Source: an uncultured Gammaproteobacteria bacterium (GTDB lineage: Bacteria > Patescibacteriota > Patescibacteriia > UBA11705 > DATKZF01). Taken from it: a stretch of DNA of 64,000 nt. The translations under genes were made by a program, and so were the position numbers. The stretch spans positions 3,097-67,096 of the forward strand of contig CAYPKD010000006.1 of assembly GCA_964411255.1 (NCBI GenBank). Reading direction: 5' to 3'. Shown here piece by piece: positions 1 through 10,860 of the stretch (positions are counted from its first letter, which is position 1; every line of letters begins with the position of its first letter). Below the pieces are notes generated by a model that worked only from the letters and a program-made list of their open reading frames with translations, did no database searches and was not told the origin of the DNA.

Positions 1-1053
1 ATTATTTTTCCAATCCCGGCGTTTTACAATTTTATACTTTTTCTTATCTGGATCAATTTCTTTTATTTTTAAAATACGCATAGTGGCTAAATGCACAATT
101 TCTGACGGCAGATCATGCGGATTAAACATGCCTTCTTTTTCAATTACCCGGACAACGCTCGGCGTCAAATAATCGCAGGCATCATATTGAGCAACAATTG
201 GCTTGTTTGATTTTGGATCCTTGCCTTTTTTATTCCAAATCAAAAACATTAATATAAAAACAAAAATTGGCACAAACAAAACATAATTATCTCGTAAAAA
301 ATATCCAAACTTTACAACTGCTGACGGTTCATTTAAATATCCTTTTGGCAGCCAGACTGCAATGGTTAAGTAATTATCATATTCAATTCCGCTTGGACCT
401 GTAAAAGTGACTGTTCGGGTGTTTGCATTATATTCATATGAACATTCTTGTTCTGTTTCCTCAAAATATCCGGTATAACAGACAAAATCCAATTCTTTTT
501 CATCAACATCTTTTGGTAAAATTATTTTTGCACTTGATTTCATAATAGGTACTTCCCAGTCTGTACCAGTAATATTCCAATATAGCTCATCATGGTCATC
601 AAAAAATCTAATACCTCGATTTACATCATAAACAATTTTATATAATTGCTCACCCAGTTCAACATATTTACTTGCGCTACCTATTTTGTATTCAGTAAAT
701 TTACCGCTCTTGGTCTGCGCATAATCCCATGCAGTTCCATCTGACTGATATATACCCTGCTCCTTAATTTTCAAATAATAATTAAAAATACCCCATTTTT
801 TATATTTCAATGGGATATATCGAAAAATGCCATGTTTATAAGTGACATTAAACTGAGTTAAAATATTTTCCTCAACGGAAAAACCAGCGTCTTCATTTAA
901 AATAATAACTGCGTCAAAACTTTTGATAATCCATTCATACTCTCCCATTTCTCTTGCTAATTGGTCGTTTGATTCAATGTCTTGCGCTCCCACAGGCATT
1001 GAGATAAATAAAAAGAGAATTATTAATCCTCCAAATTTGATAATTTTGTTCAT
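1..1053 (-). CDS. Partial (C-terminal part lies beyond window start) secreted/membrane protein with N-terminal signal peptide, DUF2207-like
   Basis: Open minus-strand frame from the window edge to ATG at 1051-1053. The N-terminus MNKIIKFGGLIILFLFISMPVGAQD reads as a signal peptide. The family call is from memory only. Confidence 0.35.
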   Translation of the reverse strand, partial: MNKIIKFGGLIILFLFISMPVGAQDIESNDQLAREMGEYEWIIKSFDAVIILNEDAGFSVEENILTQFNVTYKHGIFRYIPLKYKKWGIFNYYLKIKEQGIYQSDGTAWDYAQTKSGKFTEYKIGSASKYVELGEQLYKIVYDVNRGIRFFDDHDELYWNITGTDWEVPIMKSSAKIILPKDVDEKELDFVCYTGYFEETEQECSYEYNANTRTVTFTGPSGIEYDNYLTIAVWLPKGYLNEPSAVVKFGYFLRDNYVLFVPIFVFILMFLIWNKKGKDPKSNKPIVAQYDACDYLTPSVVRVIEKEGMFNPHDLPSEIVHLATMRILKIKEIDPDKKKYKIVKRRDWKNN

Positions 1054-1154
1054 ATAAATCACAATCATTTCATTTGGTCATGAGTCTTGGGCACAAAGCA
1101 GCCGGGCTAAGACCAACAACCTATGACCATTACAATATATTTGTTATTTGAAAT

Positions 1155-3128
1155 TTATAATTCTATCTCTTCTCCCTCTGACACATCTTTTTCCGCATTT
1201 TGATTTTGCTTTGGCGGCCGAATAGAAGACGCTGCCTGTTTTTGAATAACATCTGACAGGCTTTTTGCGCTTTTAGGGCCAGGAACAGGTTGGGGTTTTT
1301 CCGCTCTTTTATTACTAAAAGACACCGGCCTTTTCTGCATAGCATCCTGCAGGCTCATAGAAGTTGACGGTGCAGCCGGTTTTTTCTCATAAACCTTTGG
1401 CTTACTCTGTGGTTTTTCATATCTAGATTTTTCAGGTTTTCTATAAGATGGGCGTTTATTGTTTTGATATGATCGACGGGTATATTCTTCTGGCTTTTTA
1501 TCCAATTTTTTTGGCGGTTCGATTCCTTTTGCCTGCATTCTTCTATAATCCTTTAAACATTCTTTACATAAAACAGGTTTATCTGGAGATGGCTTAAAAT
1601 TAATTTTTGTTCGCACTCCGCACCAGTCGCATTTTACAATTAATTCTTCCTTTTTCTCTGCAACCTCAGCCTTTACTTCTTCAATCTCCTCTTCGGCCTC
1701 TTTCAGCTCTTCTGGTGGCATTACTTTTCTCCTTAAACTTTCCAAAAAATTAATTGACTTATCAAATATAGTAGAATCTTTTTCACCTTGTTTTTCTTTT
1801 AATTTTTGTTCTTCACGAATAAGCATTGCCTCAGTTTCAACCCCACTCCAGCGGGCAATTTTTTCTTCAACCACTTCTCTAGATTTCGCATATCTTTCCC
1901 GTGAAACTTTTATAATATTTTCTTCATTTCCAGTATTTTCAGCTCTCGGAGGCAAAGTAGCAGCACTAAACGGATCGGAAGATACTCCGTCAATCATCAA
2001 TTTCAGATATATTTGCCACTTTGGCAAATTAACTAAATCTTCCTCATTAAATTTAGGTGTAAATTCCTTTACCAATTCCTCTGCGTCTGCAGCGCCAACC
2101 CGAAAACAAACAATTGTTCCCACATTGCCAAAAACAGCATCTCGTACTTTTGTAGATGCCCCTGCTAATAATTGACCAATATATTGATGGGCAATTATCA
2201 AATTTAAACGATATTTTCTAGCCTCTGATAAAATTCCAGCAAAAGCTTCTGTAGCAAAATTCTGAAACTCATCAACATATAAATAAAAATCTTTTCTTTC
2301 TTTTTCAGCAATATCAACCCTTGACATGGCTGCCAGCTGAATTTTTGTAATTATCATTGCGCCCAACAGGCTTGAAGCATCTTCTCCAATTCTACCCTTT
2401 GACAAATTCAGCAGTAAGATCTTTTTTCCATCCATAATCTCTCGCATATTAATTGTTGATTTTACCTGACCTACAATATTTCTGATCAATGATGTTGACA
2501 AAAACTGCCCCACTTTATTCTGAATCGGAGCAATTGCCTCAGTTAAAAATTGCTGATTGTATTTTGTAAATTCATCCAGCCAAAAAGCTTTTACCACTGG
2601 ATCTTGAATCTTAGCCACAACTTTTTTCCTGTATTCTTTGTCAACCAAAACTCTGTTAACTCCAAGCAAAGTACTGTCTGGATAATCTAAAAGGGCTAAA
2701 ATAGCATTTCTTAATAAATATTCCAATCGAGGCCCCCAGCTGTCAGCCCAGATTTTTTTAAATACGCCGACCAGGCCAGAAGCAATCAGATGCCTGTATT
2801 TTGGATCAACTTTTTCCAAAACATTAAAAGCAATCGGGTAATCGATATCAGCTGGATTAAAATATATAACATCATTCATTCTGTTTGCTGGAATAAACTT
2901 TAAAACATCCTCAACTAAATCTCCATGAGGATCGACCACTGCCACTCCTTTACCAGTCATAATATCATGATAAATAAGATTTTCTAAAAACACTGATTTG
3001 CCCATGCCAGTTTTACCAATAACATAAGTATGACGCCGCCTGTCATCTGTTTTAATACCAAAACGCCGCCTTTCATTTCGAAAGTTGGTTTCTGCAAAAA
3101 CTGCAATGTCTGGGTTAACGTTGGACAT
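1155..3128 (-). CDS. VirD4/TraG/TraD-family (type IV coupling-protein-like) P-loop ATPase, cytoplasmic, with C-terminal C4 zinc ribbon and Lys/Pro-rich tail
   Basis: 657-aa ORF. Walker A GKTGMGKS near the N-terminus and a VVDPHGD motif typical of the TraG/VirD4/FtsK-like superfamily. CDWC...CKEC zinc ribbon followed by a K/P/E-rich low-complexity tail. No N-terminal TM helices. Confidence 0.55.
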   Translation of the reverse strand: MSNVNPDIAVFAETNFRNERRRFGIKTDDRRRHTYVIGKTGMGKSVFLENLIYHDIMTGKGVAVVDPHGDLVEDVLKFIPANRMNDVIYFNPADIDYPIAFNVLEKVDPKYRHLIASGLVGVFKKIWADSWGPRLEYLLRNAILALLDYPDSTLLGVNRVLVDKEYRKKVVAKIQDPVVKAFWLDEFTKYNQQFLTEAIAPIQNKVGQFLSTSLIRNIVGQVKSTINMREIMDGKKILLLNLSKGRIGEDASSLLGAMIITKIQLAAMSRVDIAEKERKDFYLYVDEFQNFATEAFAGILSEARKYRLNLIIAHQYIGQLLAGASTKVRDAVFGNVGTIVCFRVGAADAEELVKEFTPKFNEEDLVNLPKWQIYLKLMIDGVSSDPFSAATLPPRAENTGNEENIIKVSRERYAKSREVVEEKIARWSGVETEAMLIREEQKLKEKQGEKDSTIFDKSINFLESLRRKVMPPEELKEAEEEIEEVKAEVAEKKEELIVKCDWCGVRTKINFKPSPDKPVLCKECLKDYRRMQAKGIEPPKKLDKKPEEYTRRSYQNNKRPSYRKPEKSRYEKPQSKPKVYEKKPAAPSTSMSLQDAMQKRPVSFSNKRAEKPQPVPGPKSAKSLSDVIQKQAASSIRPPKQNQNAEKDVSEGEEIEL

Positions 3129-3156
3129 AATTAATTAATATTACAAAGTTATAACA

Positions 3157-4719
3157 TTAGACAAATGGTAAATTATCAGGAATATCTTTTTTTGGGTTTT
3201 CTTCCTCTGTTTCACTTTCTTCTTCCATCTCATCTTTCAAATCATACTTTTCTTTAATATATTTTTTTCTTGACTGTGTAGTTTGGCCTGTCTTGTCTTT
3301 TGCAAATCTTTTTTCAAAATCATCAGTATCAAAATCAATCACTGGTTCTGGAACTTTCTCTTCTTTTGCTTCTTCTTTTATCGGAGCTCCAAGGACTGGC
3401 TGTTCCTCTGTCTTCTCTGTTGGCAAACCAATTGGCGCACTGCCTTTTTTACTTGCAATTTTCTGAACTAAAGGAGCCTTTACCTCAATGTCTGGGAAAT
3501 GATACAAACTGGCTAATTCTTCAATATTCAGATAAAAAGGATCTCCATACGAATCCAAAGATCTGCCTTTATAATATTTCAAGATCTGATTTTGTTTTCT
3601 GGCTAATCTCTTTTTTGCGCTAAAGTATGCTGCCACTGTCTTGGTTTTGGGATGCGGCTTCATCGCATTTAAATCTTCGGTATTAAACTGTTTTATCGCT
3701 CCAAACATACCAGATACGCCAAGACCTTTTTTCATTACCTCCTTTTTTGATAAGTAAATGAAACGCATTTTTGTTCTGTATCCAATTTTACTGATTTTTC
3801 TTCCTATGCCGTCTACCTCTGCTTTTTGATGAGGTGGCAAATAGGCAAGCATATTGTTCTCTGATTTCACATCATCGGCACTTGCCTGGCCGCCGCCAAC
3901 TAACTGCTCTTTAGCCATAGTTGCAAATTCAAGCGGCGCTTCAAATATTTTTTGCGTTTTTGATTTTTTTACCTTTTCCGGAATGCCTAAAATCTTATTT
4001 AATGCCTTCACGCCTTCATCTTTCCAATCTTTTCCCAAAACAGGAATAATTACAATCTGAAACCATATCTGTTCGCCTTTGCCTATTTTGTTCATTATTT
4101 CAAGCATAGCAGCCATTGGATCTTTAAATTCCTGAGAAAGTGAATGTTCAAATTCTACATAAGTTCTAATTGGAAAATAATAAGGTCGAACTAAAGTAAT
4201 ATCTGAACCCCAAAGGCCATACTCTTCGTTTGGAAAAGTAATATCAGCAGCACTGGCATAATCATTAACCTCAGTAATTTCAGCATCTGGATATTGTGCG
4301 TAAATTGCGGCTTCTGCTAATTCACGGAATTTAACCGGTGTTCTGATTAAAAACTGTACAAAACCGTCAATACTTACAATTTCGCAACTAAATCCAACCT
4401 GGAAATAACCATCGATGAGTTTTTCCTTTAAATTTGGTTCACCATGAGCTCCAGCCAAAGCAGCAAATATATTTTCCACTGCTTTTGGACTTTGAATATT
4501 TTGTTTTGGAATATCGATCGCTAACAGTACATATGACTGCTTGGAAGCAAATATATTGCTACGCCAAAACATCCACAGCATGCCAAGGCCCCAAAGTAAA
4601 ATAATTAAAAAAACAATCCAGCCACCTTTTGAGAACAAAATCCAAAACGCTTCATATAGCGGGACCTGTCCTAATTGCTGGAGAAAGCTTAAATCAATTT
4701 CAAATCCAGTGAATTCCAT
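3157..4719 (-). CDS. Membrane protein (2 N-terminal TM helices) with large soluble domain and acidic C-terminal tail; partner of the upstream ATPase
   Basis: 520-aa ORF. Hydrophobic segments WILFSKGGWIVFLIILLWGLGMLWMFW. Stop codon 28 nt upstream of the start of 1155-3128 on the same strand, so operon-like. Confidence 0.45.
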   Translation of the reverse strand: MEFTGFEIDLSFLQQLGQVPLYEAFWILFSKGGWIVFLIILLWGLGMLWMFWRSNIFASKQSYVLLAIDIPKQNIQSPKAVENIFAALAGAHGEPNLKEKLIDGYFQVGFSCEIVSIDGFVQFLIRTPVKFRELAEAAIYAQYPDAEITEVNDYASAADITFPNEEYGLWGSDITLVRPYYFPIRTYVEFEHSLSQEFKDPMAAMLEIMNKIGKGEQIWFQIVIIPVLGKDWKDEGVKALNKILGIPEKVKKSKTQKIFEAPLEFATMAKEQLVGGGQASADDVKSENNMLAYLPPHQKAEVDGIGRKISKIGYRTKMRFIYLSKKEVMKKGLGVSGMFGAIKQFNTEDLNAMKPHPKTKTVAAYFSAKKRLARKQNQILKYYKGRSLDSYGDPFYLNIEELASLYHFPDIEVKAPLVQKIASKKGSAPIGLPTEKTEEQPVLGAPIKEEAKEEKVPEPVIDFDTDDFEKRFAKDKTGQTTQSRKKYIKEKYDLKDEMEEESETEEENPKKDIPDNLPFV

Positions 4720-4845
4720 AAATTCATGTTTGATATTATTATACCATATTATTTATTATTAAGAAAAATTAAAGTTGATATATTCAAGTGCTTTGATAAT
4801 AAAAAAGCAGCAAATTACATTTAATTTACCGCTAAAGTTTTTCTA

Positions 4846-5901
4846 CTAATTAGAAATTTCCATGGTGTAAAGATGTCTGCCAATTATTCCATAATATAAC
4901 AACTTTTCATCTAAATAAAATACTGGACTAACATATTCAAATCCTGGCATTTCAACTTCATTAACGACCCAACATATTTGATTATGCCGGCTTGTTTTAC
5001 CAACATAACATACCATTCCTGGCAATTCAGTATAATGAGCTCTATATGAATTATTAGCAGATAATGGACTTCTTTCTATTCGCATAGTCTGATGTTCCTC
5101 ACTAAATAGATAATATGTACCCTGATTAAGAACTACCAATCCCTTACTAGACATGAACATACGCAATCTGCCTTGAAACATACCAAGATTCACCAGATTC
5201 TCCGGATTATTTATATAAGACATATACATTATCGGGAGATTATGGTCTTGCATCACACAAATAACACTCTTATCATTCGTTTCAAATATACCCCTCAATG
5301 AATACGGGTATTGCGCAACCAATTCTCCATTATTTCTGAAAATCTTGCCAGCGCTAATATGCATAATACTTCCATCACTAAGTAAAGTTACTCCTAAATA
5401 TGCACTTGCCTCAAGTCGCTTTTCATCACCATAAAAAATTTTATCATCGGGCATATCCTTATAATCACCTTTATCTTTTAGATACGAAATATAAGTAACA
5501 GGCTTTCCAGAATTAGCAAATCCAAGCAACTGCACAACACTAATGAATCCCTCAAAATCATCACACAAATCATATTGGTCTTGCCCACAGAGAAGCACAT
5601 TTTTAATTTTGTCTTGATATCTAATTTTTATAATAATGCATGGCCTTCCATCAGGAGTAACAGACAAATCAATTATTTTAAAGTGAAATCCCAATGGGTC
5701 TTCACGCCATCCTTTTGGTGTATTAGCCAATTTTGTTGGCAGTCTTCTACTTTCTACACACAAATCAGGTAAAATAGGACCTGCCGGATGTTTTGCAAAG
5801 CGATCAACCTGATCTTCGGTTATTGGATGTCTCCCAACCATTTGATGAAGCAACCATACTGCCTTTTTCAAATCCGGTCGGTGAGAACCTGCTTCGTGCA
5901 T
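4846..5901 (-). CDS. Hypothetical protein
   Basis: 351-aa ORF, same strand and cluster as the ATPase/membrane pair. No recognisable motif. Confidence 0.4.
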   Translation of the reverse strand: MHEAGSHRPDLKKAVWLLHQMVGRHPITEDQVDRFAKHPAGPILPDLCVESRRLPTKLANTPKGWREDPLGFHFKIIDLSVTPDGRPCIIIKIRYQDKIKNVLLCGQDQYDLCDDFEGFISVVQLLGFANSGKPVTYISYLKDKGDYKDMPDDKIFYGDEKRLEASAYLGVTLLSDGSIMHISAGKIFRNNGELVAQYPYSLRGIFETNDKSVICVMQDHNLPIMYMSYINNPENLVNLGMFQGRLRMFMSSKGLVVLNQGTYYLFSEEHQTMRIERSPLSANNSYRAHYTELPGMVCYVGKTSRHNQICWVVNEVEMPGFEYVSPVFYLDEKLLYYGIIGRHLYTMEISN

Positions 5902-6121
5902 TTTTCTGCCCTCCTGCTCCTGACCAATACTACACCAGCTTAAGCACTATTTGCTGACACTGGCCACTTGTATTGTTTAGGAGCGTATAAACCAGGCCCC
6001 ATGCCCAGTATCATATTATATTAACAGCAAACTTTAACGGTGTCAATTGTAAGGAACAGTAATTTGTTATTTAGATAAATTGCTGACTAATTTACCAACG
6101 ATACTAAAATACAAAAAAAAT

Positions 6122-6152
6122 CCGGACTTCGTACCCGGATTTTTTTATTGTA
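6122..6152. terminator. Bidirectional intrinsic terminator hairpin
   Basis: A-run, tccgg..ccgga hairpin, then T-run immediately downstream of the 6160-7281 gene. Confidence 0.5.
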
Positions 6153-6159
6153 TATTTAA

Positions 6160-7281
6160 TTACGCTTTTAATCCAAATTTTCCATTTTCTACTTTGATAA
6201 ATTTTTCTTTATTTATCAATGAAAGATAAATAGTAGATTTATTAACAACTCTTTGCTTTAATACCTGCTCATAAATTGCATCTTTTTCCATTGGACCGCT
6301 TTCTGTCAAAATCTTTTCTATCACATCAGCTACAGTGCCTTTTTCATAACCCCAGTCTTTTAAAGCATAAATGCCTCGTCCGACTAAAGTATAATCTTTA
6401 TTGGCAATTAATTCATTATGAACAGTAGCTGCGCAAATTTTCTTTTTATCAAAACCAGCTTCATTAATCTGATCAGCAACATTTGTAAAGTGAAGAGGTT
6501 TTTTATAATTCTGAAATATCAAAAATATTTTATCTGATAATTTTTTAGGTCTAATTTCTGGCCAATTACTTAAACCCCACTGATCTAAAATATTTTTGTT
6601 TACCTTTTTGCTTAGATTTAAGTAATTCTGTAAAAGGTTAGATAATTCTAAATCATCGTGAGATTGAAGGAATGAATCATAATGGTTCATTTTTGACTTT
6701 ACTAAATCATGGCTAGTTAAAAAACTCATTATATCCTCAGATGAATGTGGTTTCTTTTTTTCATCTAAATATGATGCTAAAGATTCAACCAGCTCCATAA
6801 TATGATCAGTATCAAGGTTTGCTTTCACCCAATGACTGTAAAAATCAGAATTTTCTGAATTTTTCTCAACAATGTCAACTAATTGATCTAAGATAAATAA
6901 AACGGCATTTTGATTATAATCCTGCAGGTCTAATTGTTCTACAAAATTTTCAATCAAATGATCCTCTAATACAGCGCCGCCATTTCGATCAAGATATACT
7001 GAAACATCATCTGAAATTAATTTTAGTAAATCTTTTTCACTTTCAAGAGCTTTTAGTAATTTTTTAACTCCTTCATTTTCAATTTGACGTACTCTTTCTC
7101 TTGTGATGTTATATTCATCACCGATTTCCTTTAATGTTTCTTTTTTTGAGAGCTCTTGTAATAGTTGATTTCTCCGAATCAAAACATCCTTTTCCCGACT
7201 TGGTAATTCGGAGAAAAGATTATCTAGTAATTGTCTTACTGCTTGCTTATTTTGTACATTGTAGTTGATCATAAAGTTCAT
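6160..7281 (-). CDS. Sigma-70 region-4 (HTH) domain-containing protein
   Basis: N-terminal LKEIGDEYNITRERVRQIENEGVKKL matches the sigma-70 region 4.2 HTH consensus. The remaining ~280 aa are unknown. Confidence 0.5.
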   Translation of the reverse strand: MNFMINYNVQNKQAVRQLLDNLFSELPSREKDVLIRRNQLLQELSKKETLKEIGDEYNITRERVRQIENEGVKKLLKALESEKDLLKLISDDVSVYLDRNGGAVLEDHLIENFVEQLDLQDYNQNAVLFILDQLVDIVEKNSENSDFYSHWVKANLDTDHIMELVESLASYLDEKKKPHSSEDIMSFLTSHDLVKSKMNHYDSFLQSHDDLELSNLLQNYLNLSKKVNKNILDQWGLSNWPEIRPKKLSDKIFLIFQNYKKPLHFTNVADQINEAGFDKKKICAATVHNELIANKDYTLVGRGIYALKDWGYEKGTVADVIEKILTESGPMEKDAIYEQVLKQRVVNKSTIYLSLINKEKFIKVENGKFGLKA

Positions 7282-7529
7282 TATGTGTCGGACAAGCTCA
7301 ACTACTAATTTTACTTATTTATTAGATGATGTTTATACCATATCACCTTTCCTGAAACCTGTCAAGAAAAATTGTAAACTTCAGGTAAATTTGGTGATAT
7401 TTACCTTATTTAAGGCAAAAATTTGATATATTTATGTTAAGACTTCATCTTACCAATAATTTTTATATATGTCAATAATGTCTTCTAGATATATAAAAAA
7501 GACGGACTAAGTTTAGTCCGCCTGCGTTC

Positions 7530-9062
7530 TTATGCCTTGATAGTCATAATCGGCCGTACTTTTACAACCGAGGCTGCAATATCAGCTACATTTAAAGTTT
7601 CAATTATTGGTCCAATACCTTTATAGGCAAAAGGCGCTTCTTTTTTAAGTTCTGCCAGCCTCTTTTTAACAATATCCTTTCTAAGTGCAATCGCCGGGTC
7701 TTTTAGATTAACCGGCATAACGATCTGAAATTCACCTAGAAATTCCTGAAAATCTTCTTCGCTGACGCCAAGAGCCTGGCCGCACGAAAGCTTTCTGCCA
7801 GCGCCATGGCTGGCGCTAGACATTGAATCAGCAAAGCCAAGGCCACGGAGAATAAAACTGGAAGAACCCATTGATCCAGGAACTAAAACAGGTTCGCCAT
7901 AATAACGAAAAGGCGTTCCAACCATCGCCTCCATGTTTCTGGCCGGAGTTGCGCCTTTGCGATGAACAAATACTTGTTCGTTGTCAACTTCCTCTTTCCA
8001 AACCATGTTGTGAGGTGCGTCATAAAGAAGCTCATAGCTGGCTTCTCCGTAAACGCGTCGCAGTCCTTCATAGGCCATCAAAGAAAGAAACATGCGATTA
8101 GCAAAGGCAAAATTGGCAGCATTATAAATAGCATTCATGATTTTTTGAGCAGAAGCAGCATTAGCGCCAGCAAAGGAAATAGGGAAAATGCCATTGTCTG
8201 GATGCGTCAAATCTGGCGGAAAAACTTTTCCAAGCTCGTTTCTTATCTTAATCCCTGCATGATGGCCGAGCATGACAGACCCTGCATGGATCATGACAAC
8301 CACCTGACCCTGGCGGATTCCCCATGCATGGGCAGTGGATCTATCGATAATTTTTTCAACTACCTGCAGCTCAACAAAATGATTACCGCCTCCGATTGAA
8401 CCGATTTGATTGTCACGTGACAATTCATTTTCTCGTCCCAGAAAATCTTCAAGCCCATGAGTAAATTCAGCATCAAGGGAGCCAAGAGAATGGATTCTCT
8501 CCAAAGTGCTCATACTGACCAAATCATGGAAATGAGCCCATAAGCCCTGTCGTTGCGTTTTGGGAACTGCTTCAATAAGACCTAAAAGTCCATTCAGGAA
8601 AAGGCTTTCCCTTTGATGTCTGGTCATTGGAATGTCTCTACCGCCTTCAAAAAAAATCTTTCTGAAGACTGCTTCTAATTTATCCCTTTTAGCCATGACC
8701 GTATCATAGTCTAAATCTGTCAAATGAAGCCTCATGCCACAATTAACATCATTACCAATGGCCTGAGGCACGAAAAAACCCTTGGTGGCTAAAACAGTGC
8801 CGATAGGAATCCCAGCGCCTTTATGAAAGTCAGGGCAGACAGCAATTTTTACGATTGCTGAATCATCAACGTCAAAAAAGTCACTTTTCGCAGCCTTTAT
8901 TCTTTCAACAGTATGGGCCAGCTCCATCAGGGAAATAAGCTCATCTACTGCACTTTGTTCAAGGTGAACTTTATCATTGGCAAAAACAGTTGCATCAATA
9001 CCTAGATCATTCAGAATTTTTAACGAAAACTCGCTTATTCTCTTAACATTTCGTAGTTTCAT
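7530..9062 (-). CDS. rtcB: RNA-splicing ligase RtcB
   Basis: 510-aa ORF with the GGGNHF metal-binding motif and overall RtcB-like sequence. Confidence 0.7.
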   Translation of the reverse strand: MKLRNVKRISEFSLKILNDLGIDATVFANDKVHLEQSAVDELISLMELAHTVERIKAAKSDFFDVDDSAIVKIAVCPDFHKGAGIPIGTVLATKGFFVPQAIGNDVNCGMRLHLTDLDYDTVMAKRDKLEAVFRKIFFEGGRDIPMTRHQRESLFLNGLLGLIEAVPKTQRQGLWAHFHDLVSMSTLERIHSLGSLDAEFTHGLEDFLGRENELSRDNQIGSIGGGNHFVELQVVEKIIDRSTAHAWGIRQGQVVVMIHAGSVMLGHHAGIKIRNELGKVFPPDLTHPDNGIFPISFAGANAASAQKIMNAIYNAANFAFANRMFLSLMAYEGLRRVYGEASYELLYDAPHNMVWKEEVDNEQVFVHRKGATPARNMEAMVGTPFRYYGEPVLVPGSMGSSSFILRGLGFADSMSSASHGAGRKLSCGQALGVSEEDFQEFLGEFQIVMPVNLKDPAIALRKDIVKKRLAELKKEAPFAYKGIGPIIETLNVADIAASVVKVRPIMTIKA

Positions 9063-9138
9063 CTTATACCTGCCTTTCGAATAAAAAAACTATGCTGATA
9101 AATATTTATAGCATAATTTTTTATTTATGTAAAGATGA

Positions 9139-9849
9139 CTAAATTATCATTTTCTTAAAATTCTTCAAAATTTTCCTTGGATCATTCGCCTCTTTTGCAT
9201 TATTAATAATATTATTAATTTCCTCTTCTTTTGCATAGCCTTTTTTATAATAAAACTTTAATCTGTCAACTAATCCCTGTTTGTCTAATTCTGGATGAAA
9301 TTGAAAAACATAAAACTTTTTACCTGGAAAAGTAAGCGCCTGCACTGGACATCGCTCTGATGATGCCTGTACAATTGCATTTTCTGGCACGCGAGTGACA
9401 CAATCCATATGACCAATTACTGCATAAAACGGATTAAGTATGCCTTCGTAAATTGGATCATTTTTTGCTTCTTCAGACAAAGTAACCAAGTAACTGCCCG
9501 CTTCTTTATTTTCTGGCATATATTTAACTTCACCGCCAAAGGCCATTGCAGCCAGCTGAATGCCAAAACAAACACCTATTAATGGAATATTTTTATCATA
9601 ACAATGTCTAATTAATCTATAGATATCATCTAAAAACGGCATTTGGTCTTCATCATAAACAGCAAATTCTCCAGTACCACCAAGAATCACCGCATCATAT
9701 ATATCTGTAATTTTTGCATCAATTTTATTTTCTTTGAACATATCATAAGCAATCAGCTCTTCAGGTTTAAGATCCATTTCTTTAATAAAACAATTATATT
9801 CATGTTCTATCATTTTATCTTTTCTACTTTGTATTAATAATATTTTCAT
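9139..9849 (-). CDS. Class I glutamine amidotransferase (GATase1) domain protein
   Basis: GVCFGIQLAAMAFGG nucleophile-elbow motif with the conserved His/Glu region. The ORF extends to 9900, but the likely start is Met18 (MKILLIQS). Confidence 0.55.
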   Translation of the reverse strand: MKILLIQSRKDKMIEHEYNCFIKEMDLKPEELIAYDMFKENKIDAKITDIYDAVILGGTGEFAVYDEDQMPFLDDIYRLIRHCYDKNIPLIGVCFGIQLAAMAFGGEVKYMPENKEAGSYLVTLSEEAKNDPIYEGILNPFYAVIGHMDCVTRVPENAIVQASSERCPVQALTFPGKKFYVFQFHPELDKQGLVDRLKFYYKKGYAKEEEINNIINNAKEANDPRKILKNFKKMII

Positions 9850-9928
9850 AATTTTTATTACAAGATTGTAACAATTATCTAATAAAAAATAGCCATTCAA
9901 GCTATTACAAAAACAATATTTTATTAAT

Positions 9929-10846
9929 TTACTCTCTCATTTTTTTACTTATTCTTTTCCAGACAACAAGTAAAGGACTGGCAATAAATATTGATGAATA
10001 TGTTCCTAAAATTACTCCGATTAGCAACGCAAGTACAAAAAACTTAATTGATGCACCGCCAAATAGGAAAATTACAAACAAAATTAATAATGTTGTAATT
10101 GAGGTATTCATTGAACGTACCAAAGTCTGATTAACACTCCGATTTACCAAATCCTCAAAATTGCCCTTGCCGTGTTTTGCCAAATTTTCCCTCACCCGGT
10201 CAAACACCACAATCGTATCATTTACTGAATAACCTAAAATGGTAAGCAATGCTGCCACAAAAGGCAAACCAACCTCTAAATTCATAAACCTACCCAAAAC
10301 AGCGAATACTCCAATGGTGATTATTATATCGTGAAATAAAGCAATAATTGCGATTACTCCATATTTCCAGGAAGCAATCGGCCAAGAAACCTTTCTAAAA
10401 GCCCAGGCAATATATAAGACAATAGCAATTAAAACTAAAACGACTGAAACAATTGCTTTTTTCTTAAGTTCAGCGCCAATGGCCGGGCCAATTGACTCAA
10501 ATCTCATTTCTTCAAGATTTTGCTCTTGTTCAGTATTAAAAGATTCTTTTAACTTTTCAACAACTTTCTGATGCGTTTCTTCATCATCAGGTTTCATGCG
10601 GATAATCATTCCATCTTCGCCAGTTGGCTGAACCACTATATCGCCATCCAATTCTAATTCTGCTACTTTATTTTTTATTTCGTCAGAAGTCGGCACATTC
10701 TGATGAAACTTCACCTCTAATAAACTACCGCCAGTAAAATCAATCGCCGGCCTTAATCCCCAAGCAATCATACTTAAAACACTCAGTACAATTAATGTGC
10801 TGCTTATTGTAAACCACAATTTTCTTTTTGGGATAATACTCTTCAT
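9929..10846 (-). CDS. secF: Protein translocase subunit SecF
   Basis: 305 aa, multi-TM, SecF-like, immediately downstream of secD on the same strand. Confidence 0.8.
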   Translation of the reverse strand: MKSIIPKRKLWFTISSTLIVLSVLSMIAWGLRPAIDFTGGSLLEVKFHQNVPTSDEIKNKVAELELDGDIVVQPTGEDGMIIRMKPDDEETHQKVVEKLKESFNTEQEQNLEEMRFESIGPAIGAELKKKAIVSVVLVLIAIVLYIAWAFRKVSWPIASWKYGVIAIIALFHDIIITIGVFAVLGRFMNLEVGLPFVAALLTILGYSVNDTIVVFDRVRENLAKHGKGNFEDLVNRSVNQTLVRSMNTSITTLLILFVIFLFGGASIKFFVLALLIGVILGTYSSIFIASPLLVVWKRISKKMRE

Positions 10847-10860
10847 ATTGTAAAAACTGA

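Noticed and set aside
3283-4762. Small plus-strand ORFs inside the 3157-4719 membrane protein gene (3283-3471, 3300-3623, 3854-4060, 4541-4762)
   Set aside because: They are antisense to a long, well-supported ORF. Their low-complexity products are artefacts.
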